Positions 1 to 9,282 are shown, counted from the stretch's first letter. The stretch is DNA of 63,882 nucleotides from an uncultured Spirochaetales bacterium (GCA_964460485.1 CAYWRY010000003.1:1-63882); one strand, 5' to 3'. Numbers and translations are program-made. Notes: generated by a model not told the origin, from the letters alone.

Positions 1-932
1 ACCGCGTAGCTCTTCGTCCACTCGCGATTGCTCGCGATGATGCGCATGACCTCGTCGGAGAGGTTGCGCGACTTGGCGAAGCCCGCCACCTCGTTGTCCG
101 TCATGCGCGGGCTGCGGATCGCGGCGGTGGCGACGATTTTGTTGCGATCGCGGATGAGCAGGCCGCGCGCCTCTTTGTTGCCCATGCGCGCGAGCTTCAC
201 CTTCTGCATCACGTTCATCTTCTGGATCAGGGCCATCAGGTTGCCCTTCTCCTCGTCGCCCAGCTCGTCGCCCTCGGGCCGCTCCTCGAGCAGCTCCTTC
301 GCGAACTCGGACGCGTCGTCGCCGAGAATCGCGCGCAGCGCCGCGAGCGCGGCCTCGTCGGTGACCTCTTCGGGCTCGAGGTCGCTCGCGACGTCGCTGC
401 CCTCGCTCTCCTCCGCGGCGGGCCGCGCGAGTCCCAGGAAGGAAAGGATGCGGTCGATGGTGGCTTTGCCGGTGAGCGGGTTCTCGCCCAGCGCGTCCGC
501 GATCTGCGGCGAGCGGAGCAGGCGCGTCTGGTTGTTCGCCACGATGTCGATCACGCGCCGGTGCGGCAGCGTGGCGAGGAACGCGGCGGTGTCGTCGTCC
601 GCGTTCGCGTTCAACGCGAGCACCTCCATGCGCGCGCCGTCGTCCTTGTAGACGTGCGCGAGGAAGCTGAGGACGGCGGGATGCGCGGCGCCGCCCAGGA
701 CGGTCTTCGCGAGCGAGTCGGGCAGCTGTTCGAGGCTGCGCCGTGCGGTGTCCTTGACTTCGGCGTCCGCGTCGTTCGCGAGCACGAACAGCACGGTGAC
801 GAGCTCGATCGGCTCGAGCGGCAGCGCGCCCTTCGCGGCGAGCCGGCGCACCTCGACCGGCGCGCCCTGCTGCACGTAGCGCCCGGCCTGGGGCGAGAGC
901 GCGAGCTGGATCTTTTTCTGCGGCTGGCTCAC
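1..932 (-). CDS. Conserved hypothetical protein, 3' end runs off the window
   Basis: Manual translation from GTG at 932: MSQPQKKIQLALSPQAGRYVQQGAPVEVRRLAAKGALPL...LIQKMNVMQKVKLARMGNKEARGLLIRDRNKIVATAAIRSPRMTDNEVAGFAKSRNLSDEVMRIIASNREWTKSYA. Not in the ORF track because it has no stop inside the window. Co-oriented just downstream of the EF-G paralogue. Confidence 0.8.
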   Translation of the reverse strand, partial: MSQPQKKIQLALSPQAGRYVQQGAPVEVRRLAAKGALPLEPIELVTVLFVLANDADAEVKDTARRSLEQLPDSLAKTVLGGAAHPAVLSFLAHVYKDDGARMEVLALNANADDDTAAFLATLPHRRVIDIVANNQTRLLRSPQIADALGENPLTGKATIDRILSFLGLARPAAEESEGSDVASDLEPEEVTDEAALAALRAILGDDASEFAKELLEERPEGDELGDEEKGNLMALIQKMNVMQKVKLARMGNKEARGLLIRDRNKIVATAAIRSPRMTDNEVAGFAKSRNLSDEVMRIIASNREWTKSYA

Positions 933-936
933 AGAA

Positions 937-958
937 CCCCTCGCGCCCGGGCGAGGGG
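937..958. other. 8-bp GC hairpin between the EF-G paralogue and the downstream gene
   Basis: CCCCTCGC-gcccgg-GCGAGGGG; on the minus strand it covers the likely RBS (GAGGGG) of the gene starting at 932. Confidence 0.4.
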
Positions 959-966
959 CCCGCGAA

Positions 967-3033
967 TCACGGCTTCGCGGCGGCTCTCGCGCGGGCTTCT
1001 GCGATGACTTTGTCCCGCTGCTGAGCGGGCAGCTCGTCGTAGTGCGAAAACTCCATGTGGAATGCGCCCTTGCCCCCGGTCAGGCTGGTCAGGGCGCTGG
1101 CGTACTCCAGCATTTCGGCCATGGGCACCTCCGCCTTGACGACCAAGCCGTGGCCTCGACTTTCCGTGCCCTGCACTCGGCCGCGCCGGTGGGCGATGTC
1201 GCCCATGATGTCGCCCATCTGCTCGGGGGGTGCGGTCACGTCGACCCTCATGATCGGCTCGAGCAGGGTCGGCCGCGCCAGCTCCATGGCGGCTTTGAAG
1301 CCATACGAGCCGGCGAGCTTGAAGGCCATCTCGTTCGAGTCGACGGGGTGGAACTTCCCGTCGATGCAGCGGGCCTTCACGTCCACCACCGGGAAGCCGG
1401 CCAAGGGCCCGTGCTGGGCCGCCTCCAGGATTCCCTTCTCCACGGCTGGGATCAGATTGCGCGGGATCGCACCGCCCACGATCTCGTCCGAGAACTCGAC
1501 GCCCGAGCCGCGGGGCAGGGGCTCGAGCGTCAGGTAGGCGACCCCATACATGCCCTTGCCGCCGGTCTGCTTCTTGAGCTTCCCCTCCACGTTCTCCGCG
1601 CGGCCCTTGATTGTCTCGCGGTAGGGGACCTTCGGCGTGTGCAACTCGACGTCCACGTCGTAGAGGCGGTGGAGCTTCTGGACGGCGATGCGCACGTGCA
1701 GCTCGCCCATGCCGGTGAGCAGGAACTCGCCCGTCGCCGCGTCGCGCGACACGTGAAGGGTGGGGTCCTCCTCCGTCAGCCGATGCAGCGCGAGGAACAG
1801 CTTGTCCTCGTCGGCCTTCGACTTGGCCGAGATCGCGTAGGAGATCACACCCTGCGGGATCGGAATCTCCGGCAGGCGCAGGCCGTTCTTCTCGGCGGTG
1901 AGCGTGTTGCCCGTGTGGACGTCCTTCAGCTTGGCCACGGCGATCACGTCGCCGGGACCCGCCTCGGCGACCTCCACCAGCTCGCTGCCGTGCAGCAGCA
2001 GCAGCTTGCCGAGCCGCTCCTTCTCGCCCTTGGTGGCGTTCACGATCGTCTCGTCGTGGTGAACCGTGCCGGAGACGACGCGCATCACCGAGAGCGTTCC
2101 CGCGTAGCGGTCGATCACGGTCTTGAAGACCGCGGCGGAGAAGGGCGCGCTCGGGCTCGGCTCCACCTCGAGCTCTGTGTGATCCGCGATCCGCTCCGCG
2201 TGCCAAGCGCCGCGCTCGGCCGCGGAAGGCAGCAGGTGCGTGGTCGCCCAGAGCAAGGCCGGCACGCCCAGCTCGGTCGTCGATGCGCCGCACAGCACGG
2301 GCAGCAGCTTGCGCGCCCGCGTCGCGGCCACGAGTCCGGTCACGAGCTCGGCGTCGGTGAGCTCGCCGTGCTCGAGGTACCGCTCGGTGAGCGCGTCGTC
2401 GCACTCGGCGACGGTCTCGACCAGGCGCGCCCGCGCCGCAGCGGCCTCGGCGGCGTGGCTCGCAGGAATCGCGGTGTCCTTGCCGTTCTGCGCGCGCATC
2501 GCGACCAGGTCGATCACGCCCTTCAGCGCGGGGCCGGCGCCGATCGGAATCGCGATCGGAGCGGGGTTCGCGCCGAGCGCCCGCAGCGACTCGACGGCGG
2601 CGGTGAAGTCCGCGCGGTCCTTGTCGAGGCCGCTCACGTAGGCGACCAGCGGCACGCCCGTCGCCTCGGCGGCGCGAAGCATGCTCTCGGTTCCCACCTT
2701 CGCGCCGCCCACGGCGGAGACGACTAGGATCGCGCCGTCGAGGGCTTTCAGCGCGATCTGCGCGTCGCCCTGGAAGTTCGGATCGCCGGGCGTGTCGACG
2801 AGAGTCAAGTGGAGGCCGTTCCAGTCGAAGCCGTAGACGTGCGTGCCGAGCGTGTGGTGCCGCTCCTTCTCCTCCGGCCCGACGTCGAGGTGCGAGGTCC
2901 CCCCGTCCACCGACCCCAGCTCCTTGACCGCGCCGGTCGCGTGCAGGAGCGCCTCGCCGAGCGAGGTCTTGCCGTCTCCCGCGTGGCCGATCAGGGCGAA
3001 GTTGCGGGTGTGCGCAGCGTCGACGTTCTGCAT
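967..3033 (-). CDS. fusA: Elongation factor G paralogue (EF-G2-like)
   Basis: 688 aa; GHAGDGKTS P-loop, DTPG, GMGELH, PKVPYRETI, KKQTGGKGMYG, DGKFHPVDS, LLEPIM..V..P: full EF-G domain order. Confidence 0.9.
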   Translation of the reverse strand: MQNVDAAHTRNFALIGHAGDGKTSLGEALLHATGAVKELGSVDGGTSHLDVGPEEKERHHTLGTHVYGFDWNGLHLTLVDTPGDPNFQGDAQIALKALDGAILVVSAVGGAKVGTESMLRAAEATGVPLVAYVSGLDKDRADFTAAVESLRALGANPAPIAIPIGAGPALKGVIDLVAMRAQNGKDTAIPASHAAEAAAARARLVETVAECDDALTERYLEHGELTDAELVTGLVAATRARKLLPVLCGASTTELGVPALLWATTHLLPSAAERGAWHAERIADHTELEVEPSPSAPFSAAVFKTVIDRYAGTLSVMRVVSGTVHHDETIVNATKGEKERLGKLLLLHGSELVEVAEAGPGDVIAVAKLKDVHTGNTLTAEKNGLRLPEIPIPQGVISYAISAKSKADEDKLFLALHRLTEEDPTLHVSRDAATGEFLLTGMGELHVRIAVQKLHRLYDVDVELHTPKVPYRETIKGRAENVEGKLKKQTGGKGMYGVAYLTLEPLPRGSGVEFSDEIVGGAIPRNLIPAVEKGILEAAQHGPLAGFPVVDVKARCIDGKFHPVDSNEMAFKLAGSYGFKAAMELARPTLLEPIMRVDVTAPPEQMGDIMGDIAHRRGRVQGTESRGHGLVVKAEVPMAEMLEYASALTSLTGGKGAFHMEFSHYDELPAQQRDKVIAEARARAAAKP

Positions 3034-3041
3034 GGAGCCTC

Positions 3042-3851
3042 CTAGCTGGCGTTGGGTTTCTCCTGGGAACGATTCTTCTCGAACAAGAGGCGCAGGCCTT
3101 CGAGCGTGAGGTGGGGCTCGACGCGCTCGATCGTCTCGGTCTCGGCGGCGATTCGCTGCGCGAGACCGCCGGTGGCGATCACGCGCGTGCGCTCGCCCAG
3201 CTCGAGCTTGATGCGCCGCACCATCGCGTCCACCAGGCCGGCGTAGCCGAACAAGAGACCCGACTGGATCGACTGGGTCGTCGTGCGACCGATCACCGAG
3301 CGCGGCCTCGCGAGCTCGACGCGATGGAGCATCGAGGTGCGCTCGAACAGCGCCTCCATCGAGATCACGATGCCTGGGAAGATCGCGCCGCCGAGGTACT
3401 CGCCCTTCTCGCTGACGCAGTCCCAGGTGGTGGCGGTGCCGAAGTCCACGGCGATCACCGGGCCGCCCATCAGCTCGAAGGCGGCGACCGAGTTGACGAT
3501 GCGGTCCGCGCCCACCTCGCGCGGATTCTCGTAGCGCACGGGCATGCCGGTCTTGATGCCGGGGCCGACCACGAGCGGCGGCTTGCCGAGCAGCTTGCTG
3601 CAGACGCGCTCCCAGATCGGCAGGAGCGGCGGCACCACGCTCGAGACGATCGCATCGCGGAACGACTCCATCTTGCAGCCCGCGAGCTCGCTGAGGCCTC
3701 GCAGCGTGACCAGGATCTCGTCGCTGGTCTGCTCGCGGTGCGTGGCCATGCGCCAGTGGTGCGCGAGCACGGGCTTGGCGGGGTCGCAGAGATCGAAGAC
3801 GCCGAGCGTCACGTTGGTGTTGCCGATGTCGACGGCGAGCAGGGCGTTCAC
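3042..3851 (-). CDS. coaX: Type III pantothenate kinase
   Basis: LLAVDIGNTNVTLG, SSVVP, EVGADRIVN, VDFGTATT, GGAIFPG, IATGGLA; GTG at 3851 overlaps the birA stop. Confidence 0.93.
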   Translation of the reverse strand: MNALLAVDIGNTNVTLGVFDLCDPAKPVLAHHWRMATHREQTSDEILVTLRGLSELAGCKMESFRDAIVSSVVPPLLPIWERVCSKLLGKPPLVVGPGIKTGMPVRYENPREVGADRIVNSVAAFELMGGPVIAVDFGTATTWDCVSEKGEYLGGAIFPGIVISMEALFERTSMLHRVELARPRSVIGRTTTQSIQSGLLFGYAGLVDAMVRRIKLELGERTRVIATGGLAQRIAAETETIERVEPHLTLEGLRLLFEKNRSQEKPNAS

Positions 3852-4714
3852 GAGTGGCCTTCCTTCAGCACGGTGACGTCGCCCGCGAAGAGCCGCTCCT
3901 CGCCGTCGTACGTCCCGAGGCGCAACGATCCATCGGCGCCGACCCCGAGCACAACCCCCTCGCGCACGCGCTCGGCGGCATCCGCGACGCGCGCGCGCCG
4001 GCCCGTCATGCGGAACAGCGCCTCGAAGCGCGCGCGCAGCGCGGCGAAGCCGCCCGCCGCGTGCGCGTCGAGCGCGGCCTCGAGGGCCTCGAAGAGGCGC
4101 GCCGCGAAGCGCGCGCGATCGATCGGCCGGCCGGCGCGCTCGGAGAGGCTCGACGCGCGCGCGCGGAACTCCTCCGGGAAGAGCGCCGGGTCGACGTTCA
4201 GGTTGACGCCGATGCCGAGGATCACCGCCGCGTCGCCGCTGGCGCTCGCGCGCTCGAGCAGGATGCCCGAGACCTTCTTGCCGTCGACCAGCACGTCGTT
4301 CGGCCACTTGAGCTCCACGCGCGCCGCGTCGCGAAGCTCGCGCGCGATCGTCTCGGCGACCGCGATGCCCGCCGCGAGGGGCAGGGTGCCGAGCGTGGCC
4401 GCGCTGCCCGACGGCCGCAGCACGAAGCTCGCGTACAGGTTCGTGCGCGGCGGAGAGAAGAAGCTGCGGCCGAGCCGGCCGCGTCCCGCGGTCTGCGCCT
4501 CGGCGACCACGGCGCGCCCGTGCTCGGCGCCCTGGGCGGCGAGGGCCAGCGCGTGGCGGTTCGTGGAGTCGATCTCCTCGAACCACTCGATCTCGCGCGC
4601 GAGCCAGCGCGTGCGTGCGGCGATCGCGTCGCGGGTCAGCGCCTCCGCGGGTGCGTGCGCCGAGGCGCCAGCCTCGATCGCGCGCGGGCTCCCGTCGGAG
4701 GCGCCCGTCTTCAC
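3848..4714 (-). CDS. birA: Biotin--[acetyl-CoA carboxylase] ligase
   Basis: IDSTN, AEAQTAGRGRLGRSF, LKWPNDVLVDGKKVSGIL, GIGVNLN; GTG at 4714 (chosen) overlaps the nadC stop; no N-terminal HTH evident. Confidence 0.9.
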   Translation of the reverse strand: MKTGASDGSPRAIEAGASAHAPAEALTRDAIAARTRWLAREIEWFEEIDSTNRHALALAAQGAEHGRAVVAEAQTAGRGRLGRSFFSPPRTNLYASFVLRPSGSAATLGTLPLAAGIAVAETIARELRDAARVELKWPNDVLVDGKKVSGILLERASASGDAAVILGIGVNLNVDPALFPEEFRARASSLSERAGRPIDRARFAARLFEALEAALDAHAAGGFAALRARFEALFRMTGRRARVADAAERVREGVVLGVGADGSLRLGTYDGEERLFAGDVTVLKEGHS

Positions 4715-5577
4715 GCCACGGCTTTCCTGGCGCGCACCTCGAGCGCCACGTCCGCGGCCCCCGCCGAGTGCGTGAGCGCGCCGATCGAGATGCGCTGCAC
4801 GCCGGTCTCGGCGATGGCGCGCACGTTCGCGAGCGTGACGCCACCGCTCGCCTCGAGGGAGATGCGCTCGCCGAAGCGCGCGACGTATTCGCGCAGCTCG
4901 TCGGGCGTGCGGTTGTCGAGCAGCAGCATCTGCGCGCCGGCCTCCACCGCTTCCTCCGCCTGCGCGAGGCTCTCCACCTCCACCTGGATCGCGAGATGCG
5001 GCGCGGCGCTCGCGCGCGCGGCCTTCACCGCCGCGCCTACGCCGCCCGCCGCGGCGATGTGGTTGTCCTTGATCAGCACCGCGTCGAACAGGCCGAAGCG
5101 GTGGTTCGTGCCGCCCCCCGTAGCAACCGCGTACTTGTCGAGCGCGCGCCAGCCCGGGAGCGTCTTGCGCGTGTCGAGGATGCGCGCGCCGGTTCCCGCG
5201 ACGGCCTCCACGTAGCGGCGGGTCAGCGACGCGACGCCGCACAGTCGTCCGAGGAAATTCAGGGCGATGCGCTCGCCGGCGAAGACGGCTCGCGAGCTGC
5301 CCGCAACGCGGGCCAGCGGCGCCGGCCCCGTCAGGAACTCGCCGTCCGCCCGCAGGAAACTGAACTCGAGCTGCGGGTCGACCGCCGCGAAGCACGCCGC
5401 CGCGACCTCGAGGCCGCACACCACGAGCGGGGCGCGCGCCTCGATCTCCGCCTGCACGGCGAGCGAGGCCGGCAGGCAGGCGTTGCTCGTCACGTCGCCG
5501 CTGCCCAGGTCCTCGGCGAGCGCGCGCTCGACGAGAGGCATCCAGCTCGACCGGTGAGGGAGGCTCGCGGGGCTCAC
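4711..5577 (-). CDS. nadC: Nicotinate-nucleotide diphosphorylase (carboxylating)
   Basis: ALAEDLGSGDVTS, ERIALNFL, LDTRKTLPGWR, NHRFGLFDAVLIKDNHI, EVE, LLLDN, EASGG, ISIGALTHS. Confidence 0.95.
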   Translation of the reverse strand: MSPASLPHRSSWMPLVERALAEDLGSGDVTSNACLPASLAVQAEIEARAPLVVCGLEVAAACFAAVDPQLEFSFLRADGEFLTGPAPLARVAGSSRAVFAGERIALNFLGRLCGVASLTRRYVEAVAGTGARILDTRKTLPGWRALDKYAVATGGGTNHRFGLFDAVLIKDNHIAAAGGVGAAVKAARASAAPHLAIQVEVESLAQAEEAVEAGAQMLLLDNRTPDELREYVARFGERISLEASGGVTLANVRAIAETGVQRISIGALTHSAGAADVALEVRARKAVA

Positions 5578-5636
5578 GCGCCGAGTCTAAGGCAGCACGC
5601 CTCGCATCGGGCGATTCGCGAGCGCCGCCTGCGCAG

Positions 5637-6956
5637 CTACTGCTCGTCGCCTTCCTTCAGCTTGCGGATCTCTTCGCGGATCAGCGTCTCGGCCATCTTC
5701 GGGATGACCTCCCACGCGATCTGCTCGATGCGCTGGACCGTCTCGCGCACCACGCGGTCGGTCACGTCGCCGAAGGCCTCCCAAGCCATCTTCTCGAGCA
5801 TGTTGCGCAGCTCGTCGCGACCGGGTACGCCGGCGGCCGCGAGCGAAGCCCGCTCCGCACCGGCTTCGGACGGCGGGGCTGCTTTGGGCTCGGCCTCGGT
5901 CGTGCCGAACAGCTCCTCCGCCGACCACTCCGCCGCGCTGGTCGCCATCACGACGGTCGTGTGGGGAGTCGGCGCCGAGGCCTCGGCACCGCCTGCGAAA
6001 GCGTCCTCCGCGTCGTCCGCGAACGGGTCGCCGAGGTCGGTTGCGGAGACCTCGGTGGCCGCGCGCGCCGCGCCGCCGATCATCTCGGCGAAGGGATCCG
6101 GCGCGACGCCGGCCTCGGCGGGCGTGATCGTGCCGACGCCCGCGGCCTCGGGCTCCGCGAACAGCACGCGCGTCACCCCCAGGGGCTCCGCTTCGCCGGG
6201 AGCCGGCTCCGCCGCGTCCTGGAACAGCACCTGCGTCGCGGCGGGGGCGTCCTCGAAGACGTCGTCGTCGACGGGCGGCAGGGTCTCGGCGTTCTCGTCG
6301 TCGTCTTCGTCGAGCGGGACGACCCCGGAGTCCGCATCGGCGAGGGCGACCTGCGTCATGCCCGAGGCCTCGAACGACGCCGCGTCGAGCTCGCCGTCGG
6401 TCTCGAGCTCGCTCGCCGCACCGAAGGAGAGCGCATCCGCCGCGAGCGCACGCTCGCCGCGCGTTCCGCTCGGCTCCGTCACCTCGTCCGACATGAAGTC
6501 GAACGGCTCCTCCTCCTCGCCGAACAGCGGCGACGCGCCGACGGAGCTCTTCTCGGGGGCGGCGCTCGCCGCGGGCGGCGGCGGCGCTGCGGCAGCGAGG
6601 CGCGCGTTCACCAAGTCCACCAGCGCCTGCGCCTCGAAAGGTTTCGTGATGTGGCCGTCGGAGCCAGACTCGCGGGCGCGCACCTCGTCGAACGCTTCGA
6701 AGGTGCCCGTGAGCAGCAGCACCGGCACGTGGCGCAGCGAAGGATCGGCCTTGATCTGGCGACACACCTCGTAGCCGTTGAGCCCCGGCATCACGACGTC
6801 GGCGAGCACGATGTCCGGGCGAAGCTCCTTGGCCTTCGCGACGGCGGCGGTGCCGTTGTCCACCGTGACGAGCTGGATGTCCTCGCTGGCGAAGCTGATG
6901 CCGACGACCTTCTGGATCGTGACGCTGTCGTCCGCGAGAAGCAGGGTCTTCGGCAT
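5637..6956 (-). CDS. romR: RomR-like response regulator (receiver, acidic Pro/Ala linker, conserved C-terminal helix)
   Basis: LLLADDSVTIQKVV...LADVVMPGLNGYEVC receiver; long D/E/A/P-rich linker; C-terminus IEQIAWEVIPKMAETLIREEIRKL resembles the myxobacterial RomR tail as I recall it. Confidence 0.75.
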   Translation of the reverse strand: MPKTLLLADDSVTIQKVVGISFASEDIQLVTVDNGTAAVAKAKELRPDIVLADVVMPGLNGYEVCRQIKADPSLRHVPVLLLTGTFEAFDEVRARESGSDGHITKPFEAQALVDLVNARLAAAAPPPPAASAAPEKSSVGASPLFGEEEEPFDFMSDEVTEPSGTRGERALAADALSFGAASELETDGELDAASFEASGMTQVALADADSGVVPLDEDDDENAETLPPVDDDVFEDAPAATQVLFQDAAEPAPGEAEPLGVTRVLFAEPEAAGVGTITPAEAGVAPDPFAEMIGGAARAATEVSATDLGDPFADDAEDAFAGGAEASAPTPHTTVVMATSAAEWSAEELFGTTEAEPKAAPPSEAGAERASLAAAGVPGRDELRNMLEKMAWEAFGDVTDRVVRETVQRIEQIAWEVIPKMAETLIREEIRKLKEGDEQ

Positions 6957-7085
6957 GTCAGGTCCGTCCTTTGCGATGCCCCGGTCCTTGCGACTCTCCG
7001 CCCGGCTTCGCCTCGCTGCGCGCCGACTGCGCCGCTTGCGCGGCGCTCGTCGGCTCGAGGCTTCCCGAGCTGCGTTCGGCCGGGT

Positions 7086-7137
7086 CTTTCGGCTGTCTAT
7101 CGCTCTCTCTGTATCGACGTTGCGCGTTCGAGATTGA
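7086..7137 (-). promoter_or_regulatory. Two tandem weaker sigma28-like promoters upstream of romR
   Basis: Minus strand: TCAA(7137-7134)-N15-GTCGATAC(7118-7111) and TACAG(7113-7109)-N15-GCCGAAAG(7093-7086). Confidence 0.5.
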
Positions 7138-7202
7138 ACGCCAAGTGCTTCGCGCGCCGGAAAATCTCGGGCAACCTAGCAGCAACTCGCTCGGGGCTGC
7201 GG

Positions 7203-7230
7203 TCAAGTCGGCCGGCGCGCGGCCCGATGA
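7203..7230 (+). promoter_or_regulatory. sigma28-type promoter upstream of the PP2C phosphatase
   Basis: TCAAG-N15-CCCGATGA, ending 35 nt before ATG 7266. Confidence 0.65.
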
Positions 7231-7265
7231 AGCTCGGCAGTGCGAGCGCGGGGGACGGAGCGGCG

Positions 7266-7991
7266 ATGATTCTCAGGGCGGCGGCCCGCAGCGACGTCGG
7301 CATGCGCCGGCGCGGCAACGAGGATCGTTTCGTGCTCGTGCCGGAGCACGGTTTCTATCTCGTCGCAGACGGCATGGGCGGCCACACCGCGGGGCAGATC
7401 GCGAGCCAGCTCGCGGCCGAGGCGTCGGCGCGTGCGATCGCGGCGCTCGAGGGAGCGAACGCGACCCCCGCCGAGAAGCTGCGCATGGTGGTCGCCGCGG
7501 CGAACCGCGCGATCTACCTGGCCGCGCAGCGCCAGCCGGAGTACGCGGGCATGGGGACCACGGTCGTGGCGGTGCTCGCCGCCGGCGAGCGAGCCGCCCT
7601 GGCGCACGTGGGCGACAGCCGCGCCTACCTGGTACGCAGGAACCGCATCCGGCAGCTCACCGACGACCACTCGATCGTGGGCGAGCTGCTGCGCCGCCAG
7701 GAGATCTCCCTCGACGCCGCCAAGGAGCATCCCCATCGCCACGTGCTGACGCGAGCGCTCGGCGTTCGCGAGAGCGTCGAGCCCGACCTCGCGGAGCTGA
7801 CGCCGGCGCCGGGCGACGTGTTCGTGCTGTGCTCCGACGGCCTCACGAATCACATCGAGGATCTCGAGCTCGCGAAGCTGGTGGCCGAGACGGCCGATCT
7901 TCAGGAGGCCTGCGACGACCTGGTGGACATCGCGAACGGCCGCGGCGGCGAGGACAACGTCACCGTCGTCCTCGCGCGCGTGGAGCGTTAG
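7266..7991 (+). CDS. PP2C/PrpC-family Ser/Thr protein phosphatase
   Basis: SDVGMRRRGNED, VADGMGGHTAG, GMGTT, AHVGDSRAY, LTDDHS, RHVLTRALG, LCSDGLTN, GGEDNVTVV; GGAG RBS before ATG 7266. Confidence 0.92.
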   Translation: MILRAAARSDVGMRRRGNEDRFVLVPEHGFYLVADGMGGHTAGQIASQLAAEASARAIAALEGANATPAEKLRMVVAAANRAIYLAAQRQPEYAGMGTTVVAVLAAGERAALAHVGDSRAYLVRRNRIRQLTDDHSIVGELLRRQEISLDAAKEHPHRHVLTRALGVRESVEPDLAELTPAPGDVFVLCSDGLTNHIEDLELAKLVAETADLQEACDDLVDIANGRGGEDNVTVVLARVER

Positions 7992-8143
7992 ACGAGCGCC
8001 CGGCTACCAGCGACACGCGCAACGCGCGAACGCGGCTCGAGAATCCGCAAGCCGACCAGCGCTGCGCAGCGGCGCAGTCGCCGCTCGGCGAGGAGAAGCG
8101 ACCACCGCTCCTGGGGCGGTTGCCGCCCAGCGCCGCGCGACGA

Positions 8144-8911
8144 TCAGGCGCGCTCGATCACCGACTTCAGCTTCGAGCGCAGGCGCAGCACGGACTTGGT
8201 GTGGATCTGGCACACGCGCGACTCGGTGATGCCGAGGATGTTCCCGATCTCTTTCATGTTGAGATCTTCGTAGTAGTAGAGCGAGATCACGAGCCGCTCC
8301 TTCTCGGGCAGGGTCGCGATCGTGTCGGCGACCACGCTGCGCATCTCCTGGAGCTTCAGCGACGCGAACGGGTTCTCGGCGTTCACGTCCTCGACCACGT
8401 CCGCGTAGCTGCCGCTGCGGTCGCCGTCCTGTCCGCCGCCGCGCAGCTCTTCGAGGTTCACCAGCGAGATGCCGCGCACCTGATTGATCAGCTCGTGGAA
8501 CTTGTCGAGCTGGAGGCCGAGCGAGTCCGCGACTTCCTCCTCGTTCGCGGAGCGGCCGAGGCGTTGCTCGACGTCTCCGTAGGCGCGCTCGAGGCGGCGC
8601 CCCTTCTGCCTCACGCTGCGCGGCACCCAGTCGAGGGAGCGGAGCTGGTCGAGGATGGCACCCTTGATGCGGAACTCGGCGTACGTCTTGAACTTGCAGT
8701 TCTTGTCGGGGTCGTACTTGTCGATCGCGTCCATCAGGCCGATCACGCCGGTGTTGTGCAGATCGTCGAGGTCGATGTGCGAGGGCAGGCGGACGGCGAT
8801 GCGATTCACGATGTACCGGATCAAGGGGGCGTGCTCGAGCACGATCCGCTCCTTGAGCGCGCCCGGGATCTCGCCGAACTTGTCTTTGGCCGTCTTGAGC
8901 TGCGCTTCCAT
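8144..8911 (-). CDS. fliA: FliA/WhiG-family (sigma28) RNA polymerase sigma factor
   Basis: LPSHIDLDDLHNTGVIGLMDAIDKYD, FKTYAEFRIKGAILDQLRSLDWVPRSVRQK, LPEKERLVISLYYYEDLNMKEIGNILGITESRVCQIH; ATG 8911 chosen, GTG 8926 is an alternative. Confidence 0.92.
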   Translation of the reverse strand: MEAQLKTAKDKFGEIPGALKERIVLEHAPLIRYIVNRIAVRLPSHIDLDDLHNTGVIGLMDAIDKYDPDKNCKFKTYAEFRIKGAILDQLRSLDWVPRSVRQKGRRLERAYGDVEQRLGRSANEEEVADSLGLQLDKFHELINQVRGISLVNLEELRGGGQDGDRSGSYADVVEDVNAENPFASLKLQEMRSVVADTIATLPEKERLVISLYYYEDLNMKEIGNILGITESRVCQIHTKSVLRLRSKLKSVIERA

Positions 8912-8987
8912 CGCTTCCTCCGCCACGCGTTTGCCCTCGCTGTTCCGGGCCTTGGACCCGCACCTGCGCGAGCCGTGCGGGGGCATG

Positions 8988-9004
8988 AGCACGGCCCATG
9001 CCAA
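8988..9004 (-). promoter_or_regulatory. sigma54 -24/-12 promoter upstream of the sigma28 gene
   Basis: Minus strand TTGGCATGGGCCGTGCT = TGGCATG-N4-GTGCT, exact GG-N10-GC spacing, about 75 nt before the start codon. Confidence 0.7.
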
Positions 9005-9282
9005 GCGCTGGCCGCGTCCGCCCTGCGCGCGCTTGCACCGGCCCCGGGCGCGCCTAACTCGCGGATTTCCGAAGCGAAACCCGCTGCGCACTGCGCGCGT
9101 GCTGCACGCGCGCGGGCGCAGCCGCGGGAGGCGCGGTCGGAAGGCGCTCGGCAGAAGCGTCGGAGCGCCGACGCTTCGCGCCCGCAGGAGTTACGAATCC
9201 GTCACGCGGGCGCGCGGCGCGGACACGATCACAGCGCGCGGCTGCGTCGCTCTCCCGGCACGCGGCGCGCGCCGGTTCTCGC

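Noticed and set aside
9061-9125. GCTGCGCA half-sites upstream of the fliA sigma54 promoter
   Set aside because: They do not form the 8-6-8 palindrome seen at the pilus promoters, and such half-sites are common at this GC content.
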